A stretch of DNA of 64,000 nt from the human T2T-CHM13v2.0 reference genome, Homo sapiens. Numbering within the stretch: position 1 is the first letter of the stretch; each line of letters starts with the position of its first letter. This document shows, piece after piece, positions 22,018 to 35,035 of the stretch. The notes beneath the pieces were generated by a model. The model searched no databases. It saw only the letters and a program-made list of their open reading frames with translations, and had not been told where the DNA came from. The stretch is taken from NCBI RefSeq assembly GCF_009914755.1, contig NC_060930.1. The stretch is one strand, 5' to 3'. A program made the translations under genes and the position numbers.

Positions 22018-23869
22018 TTCCTGCCTTCTTATATTAATAAGAAAAATAAAACAAAATAGTGTTGAAGTGTTGGGGCGGCGAAAAGTTTTGGGGGGTGGTA
22101 TGGAGAGAGAAAGGATGATGTTTCTCAGGGCTGCTTCAAGCGGGATCAGGGGTGGTGTGGGAACCTAGAGTGGGAGAGATTAAGCTGAAGGGAGGTCTTG
22201 TGGTAAGGGGTGATATTGTGGGGGATATAAGAAGTAACATTTGTCGTATAGAATGATTGGTGATGGCCTGGATATGGTTTTGGATGAATTGACAAACTAA
22301 ATGGAATAAGAGAAGGAGAAAAACAGGTATAAAAGGACTAAGAATTGGGAGGACCTAGGACATCTGATTAGAGAGTGCCTAAGGAGATTCAGCATAGTCC
22401 TGCCAGCAAAGATTATTTATTTACTTCAAGAGTTTAGAGTAGCAGTTTGGGGATAGCACGAGGAGATATCAGCTGTGATGTCTTGGAGAAACAGTGTAAA
22501 CCGGCAGTGTAAACAAGAGCAGGGCATGTATGAGTAGTTGAGAACGGTGAATAGGAGTATGACTAGACAAAAGATAGTAGGGATGACAAGTTTTTTTGGG
22601 GCACAGTCTAAGTTGGTCTGGTGTCGAATGAGACTGGGGCCTAATAAAAAGGAGCGTCTATACAGGAGCTTAAGTGGGCTGTACCTTGTAGCATTCTGAG
22701 GACAGGTCTGACTTCTGAGGAGGGAAAGTGGTAAAAGTATTGTCCAGTCCTTTTTAAGTTGGTGGCTGAGCTTGGTGAAGTGTGTTTTTAATAGACCATT
22801 AGTCTGTCACTGAATACTAAGAGCCTGAAAAAATGCTTGGCTGATTTGACTAATAAAGGCTGGTCTGTTATCAGACTGTATAGATTTGGGAAGGCTAAAC
22901 TGAGGAATTATGTCTGACAGAAGGGAAGAAATGACTGCGGTGGCCTTCTCAGACCCTGTAGGAAAGGCCTCTACCTATCTAGTGAAAGTGTCTACTTAGA
23001 CTAAGAGGTATTTTAGCTTTTGTGACTCAGGGCATGTTGAGTAAAGCTAATTTGCCAGTCCTGGGTGGGGGCAAATCCTCGAGCTTGATGTGTAGGGAAG
23101 GGAGGGGGCCTGAATAATCCTTGAGGAGTGGTAGAATAGCAGATGGAACACTGAGAAGTTATTTCCTTGAGGATAGATTTCCACAATGGAAAGGAAATGA
23201 GAGGTTCTAAGAGGCAGGCTAGTGGCTTGTACTATAGCATAGCCTGCCTTTGCTGGTGTGTGGCGATTAGGCCTGGTGGAACTGCCATCAATAAATCAAG
23301 CGTGATCAGGGTGAGAAACAAGGAAGAAGGAAATGTGGGGAAATGGGATGAACATAAGGTGGATCAGAGAGAGGCAGTCATGAGGGTCAGGTGTGGTATC
23401 TGGAATAATGTGGGAGGCTGGATTGAAGTCCCAGCCAGGAACAATGGTAAATGTGGGACTTAACGAAGAGTGAGTACAGCTGAAGGAGCCAGGGAACAGA
23501 AAGTGTACGCGTCAGGTATGAGGATGAAAATAGATTTTGGAAGTTATGAGAAATGTAGAGAGTGAGTTGAGCATAGTTTGTCGTTTTGAGGTCCTCTAAA
23601 AGTATTAAAGCAGTGGCAGCCGCTGTACGCAGACATGAGGGCTAGGCTAAAACAGTAAGGTCAAGTTGTTTGGACAGAAAGGCTACATGGTGTGGTCCTG
23701 GCTCTTGTGTAAGAATTCTGACTGCACTAACCATGCCTAGGAAGGAAAGGAGTTGTTGTTCTGTAAGGGATTGAGGTTTGGAAGCTTAATCGGACATGAT
23801 CATCAGGGAGAGCACGTGTGTTTTTACGAGAATTATGCCGAGATAGGTAACAGATGAGGATGAAATTTG

Positions 23870-24632
23870 GGCTTGACTGAAGTAATGGGGTCTGTCTGTG
23901 AAGTCTTGCAGCAGTACAGCCCAGGTAATTTGCTGAGCCTAATGGGCGTCAGGGTCAGTCCAAGTGAAAGCGAAGAGAGGCTGGGATGAAGGGTGCAAAG
24001 GAATAGTAAAGAAAGCATGTTTGAGATCCAGAACAGAATAATGGATTGTGGAGGGAGGTATTGAGGATAGGAGAGTATATGGGTTTGGCACCATGGGGTG
24101 GATAGGCAAAACAATTTGGTTGATAAGGCATAGATCCTGAACTAACTTGTAAGGCCTACCTGGTTTTTAGGACAGGTAAAATGGGGGAATTGCATGGAGA
24201 GTTTATAGGCTTTAAAAGGCCATGCTGTAGCAGGCGAGTGATAACAGGCTTTAATCCTTTCAAAGCATACTGTGGGATGGGATATTGGCGTTGAGCGGGG
24301 TAAGGGTGATTAGGTTTTAATGGGATGGTAATGGGCATGTGATCGGTTGCCAGGGAAGGAGTAGAGATGTCCTATACTTGTGGGTTAAGGTGGGGGGATA
24401 TGAGAGGAAGACACGAAGGAGGCTTTGGGTTGGGGAGAAGAGCAGCAATGAGATGTGGCTGTAGTCCAGGAATAGTCAGGGAAGCAGATAATTTGGTTAA
24501 AATATCTCGGCCTAATAAGGGAACTGGGCAGGTGGGGATAACTAAAAAGGAGTGCATAAAAGAGTGTTGTCCAAGTTGGCACCAGAGTTGGGGAGTTTTA
24601 AGAGGTTTAGAAGCCTGGCCGTCAATACCCAC
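23870..24632 (-). pseudogene. pol: HERV-H protease and reverse-transcriptase remnants (frameshifts, stops, deletions)
   Basis: PVPLLGRDIL (protease C-terminus), QRQYPIP...NSPILPVLK and [15 protein letters not shown] (RT motifs); no YxDD motif seen downstream. Confidence 0.85.
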
Positions 24633-24787
24633 AACAGTTATGGAGGCAAGGGAAACAGGCCCTTGAAAAGAAGGTTATGTGGAGTGGGTAGCCTCCGTAT
24701 TGATTAAGAAGGGGACGGACTTACCCTCCACTGTGAGAGTTACCTAAAGCTCGGCGTCCGTGATGGTCTACGGGGCTTCTGAGGCGA

Positions 24788-25192
24788 TCAGGCAGCGTCA
24801 TTCTTCAGCCAGTAAGCCAAGAAGGAGTCAATCAGAGAGCCTTGGGCCAGAGTTCCAGGGGCTCTGGGAGTGGCTGCCAGGTGAGTTGAACAGTCCGATT
24901 TCCAGTGGGGTCCCGCACAGATGGGACATGGCTTAGGAGGAATCCTGGGCTGCAGGCATTCCTTGGCCTGGTGGTCAGATTTCTGGCACTTGTAGCAAGC
25001 TCCTGGGGGATGAGGTGCTGGGGGAACATCTGGCCACTGCGGTTCAGGCGTTTGGAAGTTCTTGTGTGCTGGAGGTGTGGCTGGGGTTTGTCTCACAGTG
25101 GAGGCAAGGAATTGCAACTTTTTTCTATTATTGTACACCTTGAAGGTGAGGTTAATTAAGTCCTGTTGTGGGGTTTGAGGGCCAGATTCCAA
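24788..25192 (-). pseudogene. gag: HERV-H gag remnant (nucleocapsid, two CCHC zinc knuckles)
   Basis: CYKCQKSDHQAKEC and CPICAGPHWKSDC motifs in the ORF track. Confidence 0.85.
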
Positions 25193-26094
25193 TTTTTGGA
25201 GTTTTATTTAATGTCAGGAGCAGATTGGGTAATAAAATGTATATTGAGAATAAGATGGCCTTTTGACCTTTTAGGGTCTAGGGCTGTAAAGCGTCTCAGG
25301 GTTGCTGCCAAATGAGCCATGAACTGGGCTGGATTTTTATATTTGATGAAAAAGAGCCTAAACGCTATCTGATTTGGGATAAAGAAAAAGGAGCATTAAC
25401 CTTGCCTGTGCCTTTAGCTCTAGCCACCTTTTTAAGAGTAAATTGCTGGGCAGGTGGGGAAAGGCTAGTCATGGAATGAAACTGTAAGCCAGAACGGGTG
25501 TGAGGAGGGGAGGTGATAAAAGGATTATAGGGTGGAGGAGTGGAAGCTGGGGAAGAATTGGGACCTATCTTGGCCTGGTGAGGAGGGGAGAGGTCAGATA
25601 GGTCTGTAGAAAAGGAAGATTAGAAAGACTCAGGGACACTTGGGGTTGGGACTGAGGGGACAGGCGGGAGGGAAAGAAGGAAGATTTGGAATGAGTTGCA
25701 CTGGGCACAGAGACTAGGAAGGGACTGATGTGTAAAAGAATGCCTGGACGTCAGGCACCTCAGACCATTTGCCCATTTTACAACAAGAATTATTTAGATC
25801 TTGTAGGATGGAAAAATGGAAAGTGCCATTTTCCGGCTATTTGGAACTACTGTCGAGTTTGTATTGGGGTCAAGCGGCATTGCAGAAGAAAATGAGACAC
25901 TTAGATTTTAGGTCAGGTGAGAGTTGAAGAGGTTTTAAGTTCTTAAGAATACAGGCTAAGGGAGAAGAAGGAGGAATGGAAAGTGGAAGCTTGCCCATAG
26001 TGAAGGATGCAAGCCTAGAGAAAAGAGTAGAGACACGGAGAAGGGGTGGGGTATTCTTGCCCTCCAGAAAAGCAAAGAAAGGGTTGGGGCATCA

Positions 26095-26236
26095 AAATAA
26101 GGGATTGGGGCACAGAGATAAGAGGTCAGGGTGCAGAAATAAGGGATTGGGGCACAGAGATAAGAGGTCGGGGTGCGGAAATAAGGGATTGGGGCACAGA
26201 GATAAGAGGTTGGGGCTCGGAAATAAGGGATTGGGG
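26095..26236. repeat. 42-bp tandem repeat, about 3.4 copies, in the HERV-H leader
   Basis: aaataagggattgggg starts at 26095, 26137, 26179 and 26221. Confidence 0.95.
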
Positions 26237-26250
26237 GTTCTTGCCCGTTA

Positions 26251-26775
26251 GAAAAGTGGGACTTGCTGCTAAGGGTGAAGGAGAAGGGGTTGAGGGGTAC
26301 TTGCCCCTCCCCCAGAAAAGCAGAGAAGGGGTAGAGACAAGGAGAGAAGGGGTTGGGGTACCTGCCCCTTCCCCAGAAAAGCAGAGAAGGGGTAGAGACA
26401 CGGAGAGAAGGGGTTGGGGTACTTGTCCTTTCCCCGGAAAAGCAGAGAAGGGGTAGAGACAAGGAGAGAAGGGGTTGGGGTACTTGCCCTTTCCCCGGAA
26501 CAGCAGAGAAGGGGTAGAGACAAGGAGAGAAGGGGTTGGGGTACTTGCCCTTTCCCCGGAAAAGCAGAGAAGGGGTAGAGACCAGGAGAGAAGGGGTTGG
26601 GGTACTTGCCCTTTCCCCAGAAAAGCAGGACTTGTCGCTAAGGGTGAAGGAGAAGGGGTTGAGGGGTACTTGCCTCTCCCCCAGAAAAGCAGAGAAAGGG
26701 TAGAGATGAGGAGAGAAGGGATTGGGGTACTTGCCCCTTCCCCAGAAAAGCAGGACTTGCCGCTAAGGGTGAAGG
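26251..26775. repeat. 61/64-bp G-rich tandem array in the HERV-H leader
   Basis: Five consecutive 61-bp units (26315-26619) plus related 64-bp units and one more 61-bp unit. Confidence 0.95.
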
Positions 26776-27192
26776 ACCAAGGCAGGCATCCCTGCATGGT
26801 CTGACACTCTTGAAACGTGGGTGAATAATCAGAGAGGCCTCCCTGCAATGATTAAACACCAAGGGAAGCCTGCCTTCCCAGTCCGTGACCGGTGCCGGAG
26901 TTTTGGGTCCATGGATAAAACATGTCTCCTTTGTCTCTACCAGAAAATGAAAGGAATTGAAATTAAGAGAAGGGAGAGATTGAAGTGTAGTGCCAAGATT
27001 GAAAGGAGAAAGAGGTTGAGGGATAGTGAGGGAAGTTGGAGAAGAGAGTAAGAAGAGGCCGCTTACCGGATTTGAAATTGCTGAGATGTTTCTTGGGCTG
27101 GTCGGTCTGAGGACCTGAGGTCATAGATGGATCTTTCTCACAGAGCAAAGAGCAGGAGGACGGGGGATTGATCTCCCAAGGGAGGTCCCCTG

Positions 27193-27210
27193 ATCCGAGT
27201 CATGGCACCA
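27193..27210 (-). other. Primer binding site complementary to tRNA-His
   Basis: Minus strand TGGTGCCATGACTCGGAT, one mismatch from the His PBS TGGTGCCGTGACTCGGAT. Confidence 0.9.
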
Positions 27211-27212
27211 AA

Positions 27213-27646
27213 TTTCATGTGCGTCTGTGTGAAGAGACCACCAAACAGGCTTTGTGTGAGCAGCATGGCTGTTTATTTCACCTGGGTGCAGGTGGGCTGA
27301 GTCCGAAAAGAGGGTCAGCAAAGGGAGATAGGGGTGGGGCCATTTTATAGGATTTGGGAAGGTAATGGAAAATTACAGTCAAAGGGGGTTGTTCTCTGGT
27401 GGGCAGGGGCGGGGGTCACAAGGTGCTCAGTGGGGAAGCTTCTGAGCCAGGAGAAGGAAATTCACAGGGTTAATCACTCAGTTAAGGTGGGTCAGGAACA
27501 AATCACAATGGTGGAATGTCATCAGTTAAGGCAGGGCAGGGCCTTTTCACTTCTTTTGTGATTCTTCAGTTACTTCAGGCCATCTGGGCGTATACGTGCA
27601 AGTCACAGGGGATGCGATGGCTTGGCTTGGGCTCAGAGGCCTGACA
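27213..27646 (-). promoter_or_regulatory. HERV-H 5' LTR (LTR7 family) promoter
   Basis: TATAAAA (-) at 27343-27349, GC box 27406-27414, GT box 27331-27339, AATAAA (-) 27272-27277. Confidence 0.9.
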
Positions 27647-27651
27647 CATAT

Positions 27652-30600
27652 AACATGTAATAATCAATTCAGGGTATTTGAGATATTCATCATTTTGAGC
27701 ATTTATCATTTCTTTGTGTTAGAAACATTCTAAATCTCCTGTTCTAGCTATTTTGAAATATACAATAAATTATTGTTAATTATAGTCACCTACTACGCTA
27801 TGGAAAAAAAGAACTTATTCTTTCAAACTGTATTTCTATATCCAAAGCCAATTTTTCTTTATCTCCCCATCCTCCTACCCTTCTCAGCCTCTGATAGTCA
27901 TCATTCTACTTTATACCTTAATAAGATCAAGTTTTTTAGCTCCCACATATGAGTAAAGATATGTAATATTTGTCTTTCTGTACCTGACTTATTTTGCATA
28001 ACATGATAACCTCCAGTTTCATCTATGTTGCTGCAAATGACAGTATTTCATTCTTTTTATAGCTGAGCAATATTTAATTGTAAATATGTATCATATTTTC
28101 ATTTCTATTGATGGACATTTAGTTTGATTCCATATCTTGGCTATTGTGAATAGTACTATAATAAACATGGGAGTGCACATATCTCTTCAATATATTGATT
28201 TCCTTTCTTTTGAATACACACCCAAAAGTGGGATTGCTGAATCACACAGTGGTTCTATTTTTAGTTTTGTGAGGAAGTTCCATGCCGTTTTCCATAATGG
28301 CTGTACTAATTTACATTCCCATCCACAGTGTATAAGATTTCTCCCTTCTCCAAATGGCTGCAAACACTTATCTTTTGTCCTTTTAATAATAGCAACTCTA
28401 ATTGGGGTGAGATTATGTCACATTGTGGTTTTGACTTGCATTTCCCTAATGATTAGTGATATTATGTATTTTTTCATATAACTATTGGCCATTTGTGTGT
28501 CTTCATTTGAGAATGTCTGTTCATGTTCTTTGCCTATTTTTTAATTGATTTTTTTTTTCTGTTGAGTTGTTTGAGTCCCTTATACACTGGATACTGGATA
28601 GTTTCCAGTATTTTCTCTCATTCTGGAAGTTATCTCTTCACTTTGTTAATTTTTTGCTGAACAAGTTTTATGGTTTGATGCGATTTTATTTGCCTCTTTT
28701 TGATTTGTTACCTGCTTTAGAGGACCTACCCCAGAAATCATTGCCTAGACCAATATCCTTAGCATTTCAACAAGGTTTTCTTCTAGTAGTTTCAGGTTTT
28801 AAACTTAAGTCTTTAATTCATTTTGATTTGATTTTTGTATATAGTAAGACAGAGGGGTCTAGTTTCATCCCTCTGCATATGGTAATCCAGTTTTTTCTGC
28901 ACCATTTATTGAAGATACTTTCCTTTCCCCAATGTACGTTCTTGGCACTATTGTAAAAAATGAGTTGGCTTAAATGAAGGAATTCATTTATGGGTTCTTT
29001 ATTCTGTTCCATTGATCTATGTGTCTACTTTTATGCCAATATAATCTTGTTTTGGTTATTAAGGATTTGTAGGACATTTTGAAGTCAGGCAGTATGATGC
29101 CTCCAGCTTTGTTCTTTTTGCTCAGGAGTGATTTGGCTCTTCAGAATTTTTTGTCATTCCATACAAATTTTAGGACTGTTTTTTCAATTTCTGTGAAGAA
29201 CATCATTGGTACTTTGATAGAGATTGCAATGAATTTGTAGGTCACTTTGGTCAATATGGACATTTTAACAATATTAATTCTTCCAATCTATAAGCATAGA
29301 ATGTCTTTTCATTTTTTGTGTCTGTATGTGTTCTCTTTAATTTCTTTTATCAGTGTTTTATAGTTTTTATTGTAGAGATATTTTACTTCTTTGTTTAAAT
29401 TTATTCCTGGGTATCATTTTGGAAACTAATGTAATGGAATTTATTTCTTCATTTTTTTCCAATTATTCATTATTAGTTTATATAAATGTTACTGACTTTT
29501 GTATGTTTATTTGTATGTTGATCCTGCAACTTTACTGAATTTTTGTTAGTGCTAACAGTGTTTTGGTGCAGTCTCTAGGTTTTTCTAAATATAAGGTCAT
29601 GTCTTCTGCAAACAAGGATAATTTGATTTCTTCCTTTACAATTTGTAGGCCCTTTCTTTCTTTCTCTTGTTTAATTGCTCTGGCTGGGACTTCAAGTAGT
29701 ATGTTGAATAAAAGTGGTAAAAGTGGGTATTCTTGTCCTCTGCCATAGTTTAAAGAAAAGGCTTTCAGTTTTCCCCATTCAGTTTTATGTTAGTTGTGGC
29801 CTTTATTGTTTTAAGTATGTTCCTTTTATACTCAGTTTACAGAGAGGTTTTCTCATGAAGGGATGTTAAATTTTATCAAATGTTTTATGAGCATCCATTG
29901 AAATGATTATATAACTTTTGCCCTTGGTTCTGTTAATGTGATGTATCAGGTTTTTTGATTTGCATGTATTAAACCATCCTTGCATCCCTGGGATGAACCT
30001 CACTTGATCATGGTGAATGATCTTTTTAATCTGTTGTAGAATTCTATTTGCTAGTATTTTATTGAGAATTTTTGCAGTGATATTGACCAATACTTTTCTT
30101 TTTTTCATTGTGTCCTTGACTGGTTTTGGTATAAGGATAATATTGACCTCATAGAATGAGTTTGGAAGTATTCCTTCCTCTTCAATTTTTGTGAAGAGTT
30201 TGAGTAGAATGTGTATCAGTTGATTTTAAGTCTTTGGTAAAGTTTAGCAGTGAAGTTGTCAGATCCAGGGCTTTTCTTTGGTGGGAGACTTTTAAATTAC
30301 CATTTCAATCTCTTTACTCATTATTGTTCTGTTCAGATTATCAGTTTCTTCATGGTTCAATTTTAGTAGGTTGTATGTGTTTTTTTCTCCAGAAATGTAT
30401 CCACTTATTCCAGGTTTTCCAATATGTTGGTGTGTAGTTGTTGTTCATAAATGTCTCTAATGATTTTTGTTTTTATTTAGTAACAACTTTAATGTTTCTT
30501 TTTTCATCTTGGAGTTTATCTATTTAGGTCTGCTCTCCTTCTTGTTAGTCAAACTAAAACTTTGTCAATTTGGTTTGTCTTTTCAAAAAACTCACTTTTC

Positions 30601-33560
30601 ATTTTGTTGATTTTTTTTGTCTCCATTTCATTTATTTCTACTCTGGTCTTTATAATTTCTTTCCTTCTACTAATTTTGGATTTTGCTTGCTCTTACTTTT
30701 CTTGTTCCCTGAGGCGAATTGTTAGGTTGCTTTCTTGAAGCCTTTCTACTTTTCCAATGTAGGTGTTTATTACTATAAACTTACTTCTTAGTACTATTTT
30801 TGCTGTATCCCATAGGTTTTAGTATTTTGGGTTTCCATTTTTATTTTTTTCAATAAATTTTTGAATGTCCTTCTTAATTTCTTGATTGATCCATTGGTCA
30901 TATAGGATGATCTGCATGTTGTTCCATTTCCACGTATTTTTACAATTTCCAAAATTTCTCCTGTTATTGATTTCTATGTTTATTTTATTGTGGGTCAAAA
31001 AGAATACTTGATATAACTTTGATTTTTTTAACTTGTTGAGACTTGTTTTGTGGCATAATATATTTTCTATCTTGAAAAATGCTCCATGTGCTGATAAGAA
31101 GAACATGTATTCTGCAGCTGTTGAACAAAACATTCTGTAAATGTCAGTTAGGTCCATTTAGTCTAGAGTTTAGTTTAACTCCAATGTTTCTTTTTTTATT
31201 TTCTCCCTCGATAATCTGTCCATTACTGAAAGTGGGGTGTTGAAGTCCCCTACTATTATAGCATCGCAGTCTGTTTTTTCCCTTTAGATCTATTAATATT
31301 TGCTTTCTATATTGTGGTGCTCTAGTGTTTGGTGCATATATATTTACAATTCTTATATCCTCTTGCCAAACTGACCCCTTAATCATTATATAATGACCTC
31401 CTTTGTATCTTTTACAGTTTTTAACTTGAAGTCTACTTTGTTTCATATAAGTATAGATACTCCTCTTTTTTGGTGTTCATTTGGTAGATTTTTTTTTAAT
31501 CTCTTCACTTTTGGTTTGTGTGTCTTTTTAGTATAGGTGAAGTAGGTTGCTTGTAGGCAACATATATTTAAGTCCTTTTTTTTTTCAATCCACCTCAGCC
31601 ACTCTGTCTTTTATTTGGATAATTTACTCCATTTTTGTTCAAATGTTATTATTGATAGGTAGGAAGTTACTACTGCCAATTTGGTTTTTTGTTGTTTTCT
31701 GACTGTTTTGCAACTCTTTTCACCTATTTTTTTCTTACTATCTTCCTTTTTCTCTGATGATGTTTCTTAATTCCTTGTTTTATATTTCTAATGTATCCAT
31801 TATAGGTTTTCTGTAATTATTATGAGCTTACAAAAAACATATTATAGTTATAACAATTTATTTTGAACAGATAACAACATTGACACAAAGAAACAAAAAA
31901 CTAAAAAATTTGTCATTTATCCTCCCACATTTTAACTTTTTGATGTTTTGATTTACATCATTTTGTATGTCCAGTTAACAAATTGTTGTAATTATTATTA
32001 TTGAAATATTTCTTTTCATTGTCACACTAGAGATATGAGTAGTTTACACAATACAATTATAATATTAGAATATTTGAATTTTTCTGTGTACTTTTACTAG
32101 TGAGTACCTTCAGATGATTTTCTTACTTCATGTTATCACCTGTTTCTTATAGATGGAAGAATTCCCTTTAGTATTTCTTATAAGACACGTCTGGTGGTCA
32201 TACATTTCCTCTGCTTTTGTTTGTTTAAAAAAGTCTTATGTATGTCTCCTTCATGTTTTCAGGATAGCTTTGCTGGATACAATATTTTCAGTTGGCAGGG
32301 TTTTTTTTGTTATTTGTTTTTTATTTGTTTTCATTTAGCACTTTGAATATGTCCTCCCATTCCCTCCTGGCCTGTATGGTTTCTGCTGTGAAGTCCATGG
32401 CCAGAAGAATTAGAGCTCCTTTATATATAATTTGCTTTTATTCTCTTGCTGTTTTTAGGATCCTCTCTTTGTCCTTGACCTCTGGGAAGTATTATGTGCT
32501 TTGGGGTAGTCTTATTTGGATTGAATCTATTTGGTGCTCTTCGACCTTCCTGTGCCTGGATATTTATATCTTTCTCTAGGTCTGAAAAGTTTTCAGTAAG
32601 TACTTCTTTTAATAAGCTTTCTACTCCTTGCTCTTTCTCCTCTCAAAGGTCAATTACTCTTGAATTTGTTCTTCTGAGGTTATTTTCTAGATTTTCTAGG
32701 TGTTCTTCATTCCCTTTTATTCTTTCCTTTTTTCTTTTCTGAATATGTATTTTTGAAAAGCCTGTCTTTGAGCCCATCAATTTTTTCTTCTGCTTGATCA
32801 ATTCTGCTGTTGAGACTCTTCAATGCATTTTTCAGTTCCGCTAACATGTTTCTCAGTTTCAGGATTCCTATTTGGTTTTTTCAATTATTTCGACTTCTTT
32901 GTTAAGTTTCTATGATAATATCTTATTTGATTTTTAGTGTTATTTTGGAGTTCACTGTTTCTCGAAGACTGCTATTTTGTATTCTTGAGGTGAGAGCTCA
33001 CACATTGACATCTTTTTGGGTTCTCTTACTGGCTTCTTGATTTGTGGATTTGAGGAGGTTATGGTTCCCTGTTTGCTTTTGTTACATGTGGATGCACATG
33101 TATGTCTTCACATGGAAGGATTAGTTGTTTATTCCAGTCTTCACTGTCTGGGTTGGTTTGGTCTCTCTAGTATATATGCGTTTAGATGTTGTCTGATAAT
33201 CACCTATTAATATCCTTAGTCCTAGATTGCTGCCTCCTTTTCAGCACTAGATGGTGGCCTAAACCCAGGTTTACCATGGCTCTTTCAAAACTTCAAGGCC
33301 TTGCTCATCCAGAATGGGGACTGGGGGTGTCCTGAAGGGGATTTCCCAGCTGTGTGGGTAAGCTGAGTAGGAGTTTTTGCCCAAAGGGCCCATGAAGCAT
33401 ACCTCCAACAGTGCAGTGCTACTGAATTACTTCTCTGATTTGGCACCTCTTGTTTGAGATGGAGAGCAGCCCCTGAGTTTCATGTGCTGGGGCTGCTAGC
33501 TCCATCTCCACTGTCCCCAGCTGCCCTCAGGGATCCCTCTCCCTACAGGCACTTATGATG
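27652..33560 (-). mobile_element. Near full-length degenerate L1 (L1MA-like 3' end; ORF2, ORF1 and 5'UTR remnants)
   Basis: Minus-strand peptides [29 protein letters not shown] (RT), GHYIMIKGSVWQEDIRIVNIYAPNTRAP and MDLTDIYR (endonuclease). Confidence 0.9.
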
Positions 33561-34834
33561 AATTTTTGTTAAAGTATTTTTGGAAACCCTCAGTGAGACA
33601 AAATTAAAGATGTTTCATTATTACAAAATACTTCAGAGCTTTCAAATGCCATGTTTGTTGGAATTCTCAAAGGGAGCAATATTTACACAACATTACCTCA
33701 ACTGATTTGACAATGGAAACCTTTGGTGCTATGAGCTTTTCTTAGAACCCAGCCTAGTAAAAAACCTTTTGTGTAGTACTGCTTTATACTATACTGCCCT
33801 GTAGTCTCCAAAGCTATGGGCTACAAAGGGAGCTGGATAAGACAAAAATACCCATTTTAAAGATGGAATGTGGTCAGTGTTTTCAGAGAGGTAGAGATAG
33901 AAAGAAGGGCAGCTCAGATGAAGAAGAAAATGCCTCCAGATGCCAGAATAAGCTGCTCGGAAAATGTGACATTTGACATCTTCTCATCAGTGGCATCAAT
34001 TTCCTTCCAGGATTTCACATTTCAAACCCAGTTACTGGCAATCTTACCTGCAATTTGGAATCCCTGGGAAGCTTTAAAAATGCTAATACCTGTATCCTAT
34101 TCCCAGAAAGTCTGATTTATTTGGTTTGAGGTGTGACCTAAACACCAAGATTTAAAAAATTTACCCAGACAAGATTGAAACCATAGCTGTGAACCCTGGC
34201 AAAATTTGTGACTTGCCTTATCCAGAATAAAGAACTTATGCTTTTTCTGCAACAATTCTCATGCCACTCTTTTCAGCTCTTCCCATGGCCAAAATCTGTA
34301 ACGCAGGTATAGATTTTAAACTTATTTACATCTGTGCCAATACTGGAGATCCTTCCAGACTTACTTCCTTCTTTCAGATTTTCTCTCTTAGGTATGCCTA
34401 ATATTTAAAATTAAGGCTCAGAATTATTTAAAAACCAGGATAATAGAAATGTTAATAGCACAAGCTCAGTATCAGGCCGTAAGAAGTCAAATACATATAC
34501 AGATTTCTAAACTTCAGTAAGATGCCCAGCTTTTCAAGCCTCAGTTTCCTTATTTGTAAAGCAAGTTAATAATATAATAATAATAATAATAATATAAACC
34601 TTTAAATGGTTGTTCTGAGGACTTTAACAAGTTAACTGGAAGTCCTCAGCACAGTGTCTGGCACATATTTGGGACTCATTAAATAATAGCGATCATTGGC
34701 ATTAGCATCATCGTTATTTCACCACTTTTTCAGTTACCTTACATCCCTTTCCAGAAGTCACAGGTAAGCTTGTCAGGAGCCTGTTAGGAGCTGGGAGTTA
34801 CTTAGGGATGCAGAATATCAGCCTCCAGCCCAGG

Positions 34835-35035
34835 CAGGCAGTTTTTCAAGGCAATTTGTATGTATATTAAGGATAGAGAGACATCAACCTATGGATTAGA
34901 AATTACTTGGGGGAGATTTTTAAAAGTCTACCCCCAACCAGTTAAATCAGAATTTCTGGGACTGGGATCCATGCATCAGTATGTTTACAGTTTCATGGGT
35001 GATTCCAAAGTGCAGCTAAGGTTGAGAAACTATGG
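34835..35035. mobile_element. MER5-like hAT MITE
   Basis: 'cagtttttcaag...ttagaaattacttgggggag...aaatcagaatttctggg...gcagctaaggttgagaaactatg'. Confidence 0.6.

Larger units (their letters stand above)
21584..27646 (-). mobile_element. HERV-H provirus, 6063 bp, common internally deleted type
   Basis: Two 434-bp LTRs, 5-bp TSD CATAT (21579-21583 and 27647-27651), tRNA-His PBS, polypurine tract, gag/pro/pol remnants. Confidence 0.96.

Noticed and set aside
22018-23870. Intact HERV-H env or integrase
   Set aside because: No long minus-strand ORF; the region is too short, consistent with the usual HERV-H deletions
25956-26862. Repetitive ORFs up to 240 aa, and a superficial CRISPR-like periodicity
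   Set aside because: Head-to-tail tandem repeats of the HERV-H leader with no unique spacers; eukaryotic context with no cas genes
27652-33560. Retrotransposition-competent L1
   Set aside because: Many stops, frameshifts and deletions; CpG-depleted; split by HERV-H
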